The notes beneath the pieces were generated by a model. It was given only the letters and a program-made list of their open reading frames with translations. It was not told the origin of the DNA and made no database searches. This document shows, one piece after another, positions 36,397-43,319 of a stretch of 43,319 nucleotides of DNA. The position numbers and the translations under genes are program-made. Every line of letters begins with the position of its first letter. Position 1 is the first letter of the stretch. Source of the stretch: Candidatus Zixiibacteriota bacterium (GTDB lineage Bacteria; Zixibacteria; MSB-5A5; UBA10806; 4484-95); contig JAAYTW010000097.1 in assembly GCA_012517955.1 (NCBI GenBank), forward strand, positions 1-43,319. Reading direction: 5' to 3'.

Positions 36397-37062
36397 TTAT
36401 TGTGATTGAAATCTTGTTGAATCAACTAATTCATTTGCCGGCGGAAAGGCAACTGTTTTCATACGCGCATTAAGGATTTTAATCGGCTCAATCGGTTTTT
36501 CATCCTGAGCCGGCACTCTTGAAATATCCCGAGCCAACTCAAACCCGGCAATCACCATACCAAAACAGGATGTGCTTTTATCAAAATCAGGATAATCGTC
36601 CAGCAAAATATAAAACTGCGACCCGTTGGTCTTGCCGTTGGCGCCAGGCATCATTCCGATGTATCCTTTTTTGTTCGGTAAAGCGCCTGTTTCGGGAGCC
36701 AAACCATATCCAGGCCCCCCCAGGCCTGTACCACTTGGGTCGCCGGAAACCATAATCAAATCGGCTATAACCTTATGAAACAATAACCCATCATAAAAGC
36801 CATTCTCAATCAGCTTGATGAAATTTCCGCCATGATTCGGCGCCGCTTTATCATATATTTCGATTTCAATTTCCCCTTTGGTGGTGTTAAGCACGGCTAT
36901 TGGATTTCCCTGCGGCGTTCTGTCGTATTTGGGTTCTTCTTCCGTTATCAACGACAGCGAATTGGCGGATTTTTGGGCTTGCTCTTGTTTTTTCTTGGCA
37001 CCGCAACTCATCAATAAAAAAGGACTGAATAGCAACAGCCCATATAATACATATCTTTTCAT
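36397..37062 (-). CDS. Lipoprotein cyclophilin-type peptidyl-prolyl isomerase
   Basis: 221 aa. Lipobox LLMSC. FHKVIADLIMVSGDPSGTGLGGPGY...GSQFYILL. Confidence 0.88.
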   Translation of the reverse strand: MKRYVLYGLLLFSPFLLMSCGAKKKQEQAQKSANSLSLITEEEPKYDRTPQGNPIAVLNTTKGEIEIEIYDKAAPNHGGNFIKLIENGFYDGLLFHKVIADLIMVSGDPSGTGLGGPGYGLAPETGALPNKKGYIGMMPGANGKTNGSQFYILLDDYPDFDKSTSCFGMVIAGFELARDISRVPAQDEKPIEPIKILNARMKTVAFPPANELVDSTRFQSQ

Positions 37063-37249
37063 TTAGTTTCCATTTCCATTAGATATCTGCCACGCTCCCG
37101 TATCGTGTATCATTAGTGTACTTTGTTAAAACAATCGCCGGCTCAAGTCAAGGGGAATTTCGTGGACGAACAAGCATAAAACCCCAATTTAGAATGAATA
37201 TGAAATTGCTTCGCAACGTACAGTTAATGGGCGCTAAGTATTCTGCGGC

Positions 37250-37383
37250 GAAAATATATCGAGGGCGAATCTTGCGACTCGCCCTCACGGTACTAATAAA
37301 AACACCTCACAACATCAACCAACGCACGTGGCCCACTCACCAAATAGTACCAAAAGAGCCACAAACTGCCTCATCCACATCCC
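37250..37383 (-). ncRNA. Candidate small RNA (or leaderless 21-aa peptide mRNA) between a promoter and an intrinsic terminator
   Basis: Bracketed by the - strand promoter at 37389-37416 and the hairpin at 37261-37286. An internal 7-bp inverted repeat GGTACTA (37289-37295) / TAGTACC (37345-37351). Family unknown; this is a prediction only. Confidence 0.25.
37261..37286 (-). terminator. Intrinsic terminator-like hairpin
   Basis: Perfect 8-bp GC-rich stem GAGGGCGA/TCGCCCTC with a 10-nt loop. On the - strand it is followed by GATATATTTTCG. Confidence 0.5.
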
Positions 37384-37388
37384 GATTT

Positions 37389-37416
37389 ATATTATCATTA
37401 TATTTTCGAATGTCAA
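37389..37416 (-). promoter_or_regulatory. sigma70-like promoter in the atpC-PPIase gap (TTGACA-16-TAATAT)
   Basis: - strand TTGACA (37416-37411), 16-nt spacer, TAATAT (37394-37389). Confidence 0.4.
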
Positions 37417-37581
37417 CAAGAAAATGAGAAATTTTTCACAATGTTCCACGAAGTTGATTTGCGGAAAATCATATCGGTTTAAAAGCTTGAAATCTGATTA
37501 AAACGTCATAATTTATGGATAAGGCCACATAATCGGATTATGGCTGTTATAATATACTATGGACTACATCGTCGACGTGAG

Positions 37582-37986
37582 CTATTTGACCCCGCTGGCT
37601 ATTTTCTGGCGCCACATGGCTCTTTGGAGGGCCGCCTCAGCCCTGGCCACATCAATACCGGGGTCGTTTCGATGAGCCAGGCGTTCGCGGGCGCGTTTCT
37701 CGGCATTTTTCGCCCGTTCGATATCGATGTCTTGCGGCTTTTCAATCGCATCCGCCAAAATAGTGGCAATGTTATTGGATACTTCAAGAAATCCGCCGGA
37801 AATAAAAAATATCGATTCTTTTCCTGAAATATCTTTCACTTCAAGCCGCCCAATCACCAAAGGCGTAATCAACGGCGCATGGTCTGTCAAAATCCCCAAA
37901 TACCCTAATGCCCCAGGCGCGACGATACTTGAAACGTCTTGTTCGAAAACGATTTTTTCGGGGGTCACGGCCGATAGTTTAAACAT
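37582..37986 (-). CDS. atpC: F0F1 ATP synthase subunit epsilon
   Basis: 134 aa. Typical beta-sandwich N-terminus (VTPEKIVFEQDVSSIVAPGALGYLGILTDHAPLIT) plus a helical C-terminus. It directly follows atpD. Confidence 0.93.
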   Translation of the reverse strand: MFKLSAVTPEKIVFEQDVSSIVAPGALGYLGILTDHAPLITPLVIGRLEVKDISGKESIFFISGGFLEVSNNIATILADAIEKPQDIDIERAKNAEKRARERLAHRNDPGIDVARAEAALQRAMWRQKIASGVK

Positions 37987-39414
<1,428 letters not shown>

Positions 39415-39436
39415 CTAAAATAAAAGTTTTCAAAAA

Positions 39437-40291
39437 TTATTTTAAGGCTTCCGCGCCGCCCACGATATCCAGTAATTCTTTTGTAATCGACGCCTGACGC
39501 GCTTTGTTGCGCTCCAGAGTTAAAGTTTCTATCATTTCATCGGCATTGCGAGTGGCGTTGCCCATCGCCATCATGCGCTGGCTGAACTCCGACGCGAAGG
39601 CTTCCAGCAACGCCATCAAAATCTTGGTCAGACAATATCGAGGTACCAGTTCGCTGAATATCCCGTTGGCGTCTGGTTCGAAAATATAATCGTCGCTCGA
39701 ACGCTCTCCATCACCGGGTTTCTCGATAGGCAAAAACTTTTCTATCATCACCTTGCTCGAGGATATGGAAATGTATTTCGTATAGAGCAATTTGACTTCA
39801 TCGACCTCGCCGCTCTGGAACAGCGCGGTAATATCGGCGGCCAAGTTTTTTACCATAGTCAAATCGGCTTTACCGCCGGTATATTCTATTTTAAACGCTA
39901 TCGGATAAGGACGCTTTTTAAAAAACGATACAGCTTTCTTTCCAATCAAACCGAGCTTGACCTTATCCTTCGGCATTTCGGATATAAAACGGTTGGCCGC
40001 GCGAAGAATATTCGAATTATAAGAGCCGCATAATCCTCGATCGGCGGAAATCACCACCAACAATGTTGATTTTACCTGCCGCTCTTCGAACAACGGGTGT
40101 TTCAAGCCGGCCGCCGCGCCCGCCAGAGATTCAAGCATTTGTTGCATCTTAAGGCCGTAGGGTCTGGCCGATTCGACCCTTGATTGGGCGCGCCTTAATC
40201 TGGCCGCGGCCACCAATTCCATGGCTTTGGTTATTTGTTTGGTCGATTCCACCGACCGAATGCGTCTTCTTATGTCGCGAAGGGACGGCAA
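39437..40291 (-). CDS. atpG: F0F1 ATP synthase subunit gamma
   Basis: 284 aa. MPSLRDIRRRIRSVESTKQITKAMELVAAARLRRAQ and the C-terminal ITKELLDIVGGAEAL. Confidence 0.96.
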   Translation of the reverse strand: MPSLRDIRRRIRSVESTKQITKAMELVAAARLRRAQSRVESARPYGLKMQQMLESLAGAAAGLKHPLFEERQVKSTLLVVISADRGLCGSYNSNILRAANRFISEMPKDKVKLGLIGKKAVSFFKKRPYPIAFKIEYTGGKADLTMVKNLAADITALFQSGEVDEVKLLYTKYISISSSKVMIEKFLPIEKPGDGERSSDDYIFEPDANGIFSELVPRYCLTKILMALLEAFASEFSQRMMAMGNATRNADEMIETLTLERNKARQASITKELLDIVGGAEALK

Positions 40292-40319
40292 CTTTTACTC
40301 CATCAACCCTTTGAAATTT

Positions 40320-41834
40320 TTAACTTTTGGCTTTGAATTCAGCTTTGAATTTCTCGACCGCCGTTTTCAGTTTATTTGCGGTCGCCTCATCAAGGTCTTT
40401 TTTGTTTTTTATATCATAGCCGATATCCGGATAATTTTTTTCCATATAAGCGTGAAATTCCGTCTCGAATTGTTTGATATTGGAAACGGGAATATTGTCC
40501 AGATATCCCTTTATCGCCGCCCAGATAATCATAACCTGCTTTTCCAGGGGCATTGGTTCATATTGATTCTGTTTTAATATTTCTTCCATCGCTTTGCCGC
40601 GGGTCAACTGCCTGATTGTCGCTTCATCCAAATCGGAACCAAACTGCGCGAACGCCGCCAGGGCGCGGTATTGCGCCAAGTCCAGACGTAATGAACCGGC
40701 CACCTTTTTCATGGCTTTGGTTTGCGCGTTTCCGCCGACGCGCGACACCGAGATACCCACGTTGATGGCGGGACGAAAACCAGCGTAGAACAAATCAGGT
40801 TCAAGATAAATTTGCCCATCTGTTATCGAAATAACATTCGTGGGAATATACGCCGACACATCGCCAGCCTGTGTTTCGATAATGGGCAAAGCCGTCAAGG
40901 AGCCCCCGCCGAGTTTATCGTTAAGTTTGGCGGCTCTTTCCAGCAGCCTTGAATGCAAATAAAAAACATCGCCGGGATAAGCCTCGCGCCCAGGAGGACG
41001 CCGGACCAGCAGCGACAGCTGGCGATAAGCTTGAGCATGTTTGGTCAAATCATCGTAAACGCAAAGGGCGTGCTTACCGTTATCGCGAAGATATTCCCCC
41101 ATCGCGCAACCGGCGTATGGCGCAATGAATTGCATGGGCGCCGGATCGGTCGCGCTGGCCACGACAACGGTTGTATATTCCATAGCCCCGAAATCCTCTA
41201 ATATCTTCACCACTTTGGCCACGGTAGAGGCTTTTTGACCGATTGCGACATAGAAACAATAAATATCGGAGTCGCGCTGATTAATAATAGTATCAATCGC
41301 AATAGCGGTTTTCCCGACCTGCCGATCGCCGATAATCAACTCGCGCTGACCCCGACCGATAGGTATCATGGAATCAATCGATTTTAATCCGGTTTGCACG
41401 GGCTCCTTAACCGGTTGCCGCGAGACCACATTAGGGGCATTGCATTCAATCGGCCTGTATTCCTCCGTGACTATAGGCCCTTTACCATCCAAAGGCTGGC
41501 CTAACGGTGATACGACTCTTCCGACAAGAGCATCACCCACCGGTACACGGGCCACCGCTCCTGTCCGTCTGACTGTGTCACCCTCTTTGATGCCAGTGTC
41601 GGGGCCAAAAATCGCCGCTGAGACCGAATCCTCTTCAAGGTTAAGCACAATGCCGATAATGTCGCCGGGAAATTGCAATAACTCCGACATCATGGCATCC
41701 TCAAGGCCCCAGATTCTGGCGATTCCATCCCCAACCTGGAGGATGCTGCCGACCGATTCCATCGCCAGCTTTGTTTGGTGTTTTTCTATTTCTTTTTGTA
41801 ATATCGAACTGACTTCTTCCGGGCGGAATGCCAT
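40320..41834 (-). CDS. atpA: F0F1 ATP synthase subunit alpha
   Basis: 504 aa. [16 protein letters not shown]-loop and [42 protein letters not shown]. Confidence 0.98.
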   Translation of the reverse strand: MAFRPEEVSSILQKEIEKHQTKLAMESVGSILQVGDGIARIWGLEDAMMSELLQFPGDIIGIVLNLEEDSVSAAIFGPDTGIKEGDTVRRTGAVARVPVGDALVGRVVSPLGQPLDGKGPIVTEEYRPIECNAPNVVSRQPVKEPVQTGLKSIDSMIPIGRGQRELIIGDRQVGKTAIAIDTIINQRDSDIYCFYVAIGQKASTVAKVVKILEDFGAMEYTTVVVASATDPAPMQFIAPYAGCAMGEYLRDNGKHALCVYDDLTKHAQAYRQLSLLVRRPPGREAYPGDVFYLHSRLLERAAKLNDKLGGGSLTALPIIETQAGDVSAYIPTNVISITDGQIYLEPDLFYAGFRPAINVGISVSRVGGNAQTKAMKKVAGSLRLDLAQYRALAAFAQFGSDLDEATIRQLTRGKAMEEILKQNQYEPMPLEKQVMIIWAAIKGYLDNIPVSNIKQFETEFHAYMEKNYPDIGYDIKNKKDLDEATANKLKTAVEKFKAEFKAKS

Positions 41835-41847
41835 AACGCACCTCTAT

Positions 41848-42396
41848 TTAGAACACTTTGACCTGCAACAGGTCGTGTCTTAATTGTTCAAGTTCTCGTC
41901 TAATCGATCTGTCAATTATCCGATTGTGCATATACACGATAATACCCCCGATAATCGAACGATCGATTTTCTGAATTATTTCGATTTTCTTTCCAGAAAT
42001 TTTTTCTAATTTTTCCTTTAATCTACTTTTCGTATCATCGTCAATCTGGACCGCGGTCACGACTCTGGCTTTAATTAATCCCTGGTAATCTTCCAGCAGC
42101 CTTTCGAATTCGATGGCGATATCAGGCAGAAGCGCGATTCTGTGTTTACGCAACAGCAAATCAAAAAACGACAATAATTGAGGCGACAACCTTGTCGTAA
42201 AGATTGTCCGCAAAAAGGTCATTTTTTCGTCGCTGGTAATATTGGGTGATCGCAAAAACTGCAGAAACCCTTTATGGCTGGCCGAAAATGATCGAAGTTG
42301 ATTCAAATCGACCGCCACCATGTCGGCGTTTCCACTTTTGACCGCGATGTTAAATAGCGCCAGAGCGTATCTGGCAGCGATACGAGATTCTCTCAT
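41848..42396 (-). CDS. atpH: F0F1 ATP synthase subunit delta (OSCP)
   Basis: 182 aa. N-terminal IAARYALALF and the C-terminal GGIIVYMHNRIIDRSIRRELEQL pattern. Positioned between atpF and atpA. Confidence 0.9.
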   Translation of the reverse strand: MRESRIAARYALALFNIAVKSGNADMVAVDLNQLRSFSASHKGFLQFLRSPNITSDEKMTFLRTIFTTRLSPQLLSFFDLLLRKHRIALLPDIAIEFERLLEDYQGLIKARVVTAVQIDDDTKSRLKEKLEKISGKKIEIIQKIDRSIIGGIIVYMHNRIIDRSIRRELEQLRHDLLQVKVF

Positions 42397-42899
42397 TTAA
42401 TCTGCTCTATATCATCAAGAAATTTGTTGATTAACTGCCGGTGTTTGTCATCTGTCAATTTTTCGGCGATAACCTTCTCCGTCGCCAGTACCGCCATGTT
42501 AACTATATCATTTCGCAGCTGGACTTTCGCTTTGGCGATATCTCGCGTCAGGTCTTCGCGGGCTTTGCCGATTATGTCTTTGGCTTCAGCCCTCGATTGC
42601 TCCCGGATTTCGGCGGCTACGCGGTTACCTTCGGCAATGGCTTCTTGAATTTTGGCTCTTGCGGCCTGGTCGATTTCCTTTAACTGCCGCTGATATTCAG
42701 CCATCATTTCATTGGCTTGTTTCTTGGCAAGCTCCGCCTCATCAAGGTCAGCTTTGATTCGGGCCCGTCTCTGTTCAAGCATAGCCAGAAGCGGTTTCCA
42801 GGCGAATAGTTTAAGAATCCAGACCGCGAGCAAAAAACCCACAATCTGTGTCAGCAGCTCGGGAAGCTTAATCCCGAGCGATGTCACGATGTCGCTCAT
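42393..42899 (-). CDS. atpF: F0F1 ATP synthase subunit b
   Basis: 168 aa. A single N-terminal TM helix followed by a long charged helix (RRARIKADLDEAELAKKQANE...). Operon position fits. Confidence 0.9.
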   Translation of the reverse strand: MSDIVTSLGIKLPELLTQIVGFLLAVWILKLFAWKPLLAMLEQRRARIKADLDEAELAKKQANEMMAEYQRQLKEIDQAARAKIQEAIAEGNRVAAEIREQSRAEAKDIIGKAREDLTRDIAKAKVQLRNDIVNMAVLATEKVIAEKLTDDKHRQLINKFLDDIEQIK

Positions 42900-42950
42900 A
42901 AATCCTCCTCGGGCGTATTCAGGCTTATAATTGCCCGCAACATACGTCGT

Positions 42951-43172
42951 TTACTTGAGGAGAATGACCGCCACTAACGCGTAAATGGTCAGAGCCTCGA
43001 TAAATGCCGCGCCGATTATCATACCGGTCTGGATTTTACCAGCCGCTTCGGGTTGACGCGCCATAGCCTCCATGGCGGATTCGACCGCCTTGCCAAGTCC
43101 GAGTCCCGAACCTATCGCCGCCACCGACACGGTCAGCGGTAATAAAAATCCTCTTGCGGTTTCAGCGTCCAT
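42951..43172 (-). CDS. atpE: F0F1 ATP synthase subunit c
   Basis: 73 aa hairpin proteolipid. GLGLGKA...ARQPEAAGK loop and the [10 protein letters not shown] ion-binding Glu helix. Confidence 0.95.
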   Translation of the reverse strand: MDAETARGFLLPLTVSVAAIGSGLGLGKAVESAMEAMARQPEAAGKIQTGMIIGAAFIEALTIYALVAVILLK

Positions 43173-43201
43173 AGTTCCTCCTTTAACGAATTATTAAAAT
43201 G

Positions 43202-43319
43202 CTAATGATGTTCTTCATGCACGGTCATCAATGAAAAATAAATAGTTGACAGCAAGGTAAAAACAAGCGCCTGAACAAAACTTGTCAACAATGCCAAAAA
43301 GATAAATGGAAAATGCAAG
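43202..43319 (-). CDS. atpB: F0F1 ATP synthase subunit a, 3'-terminal fragment (gene continues beyond the window)
   Basis: Absent from the ORF track because it is under 60 aa. The - strand translation is LHFPFIFLALLTSFVQALVFTLLSTIYFSLMTVHEEHH*. FVQALVFTLL...EEH is the conserved C-terminus of subunit a (compare the E. coli ...SEEH ending). Stop codon at 43202-43204. Confidence 0.85.
   Translation of the reverse strand, partial: LHFPFIFLALLTSFVQALVFTLLSTIYFSLMTVHEEHH

Noticed and set aside
37116-37427. 103-aa + strand ORF in the atpC-PPIase gap
   Set aside because: It has no SD and an odd composition (basic and Thr/Pro-rich). It lies on the opposite strand to every neighbour and runs across the hairpin and inverted repeat, which are better explained as RNA structure. 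It is probably a chance ORF.
37521-37546. AT-rich imperfect hairpin GCCATAATC/GATTATGTGGC after atpC, as the atp operon terminator
   Set aside because: The stem is bulged, the loop is only 1-2 nt, and no U tract immediately follows. I could not support it as an intrinsic terminator, so the true end of the atp transcript remains unresolved.
37545-37553. + strand TGtTATAAT extended -10 pointing into atpC (possible antisense promoter)
   Set aside because: It is a single AT-rich match with no -35 element and no downstream feature. The region is AT-rich, so chance matches are expected.
37570-37577. Palindrome CGTCGACG just downstream of the atpC stop
   Set aside because: It is an 8-nt perfect palindrome with no loop, so it cannot form a terminator hairpin. 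It is more likely a chance restriction-site-like palindrome.

Overview
This window appears to come from an uncultivated diderm bacterium. The lapA/lapB LPS-assembly pair and a T9SS-type C-terminal sorting domain suggest an FCB-group lineage, while canonical TTGACA/TATAAT promoters argue against classical Bacteroidia; this placement is inference only. The content is overwhelmingly core housekeeping. On the + strand (1-4849) are a 5'-truncated miaB, a membrane GAF / degenerate-kinase / receiver protein, a 4HBT thioesterase, tRNA-Pro(CGG) and meaB. From 4887 to the right edge every protein gene is on the - strand. In map order these are: mutS, a SPOR-TPR protein, lapB and lapA; an orphan secreted protein; then pgsA-like, recN, nadK, dxs, xseB, gpsA, plsY, der and a DUF512 radical-SAM gene. 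Next come two orphan secreted proteins flanking a + strand tRNA-Gly(CCC), followed by gap and two non-identical phosphofructokinases. The rest is a 1230-aa gingipain-like (C25) T9SS cargo protein, ccmB-ccmA, lepB, rseP, dxr, two lipoprotein cyclophilins, and an F1Fo ATP synthase operon (atpC-D-G-A-H-F-E plus the 3' end of atpB, which the ORF track missed). I found no CRISPR array, transposase, integrase, phage gene, toxin-antitoxin pair or recognisable defence module, and I cannot honestly point to a convincing multi-gene novel system. The best leads follow, all by-eye and unverified. (1) The C25 protein has Tyr at the catalytic-His position. (2) A promoter-to-terminator unit in the 519-bp gap below the atp operon may be a small RNA or a 21-aa peptide. 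(3) The sensor protein has a degenerate kinase core. (4) Several promoters abut start codons, suggesting leaderless mRNAs. (5) An ATP-type and a PPi-type pfk sit in tandem. (6) Two orphan secreted proteins lie around tRNA-Gly.
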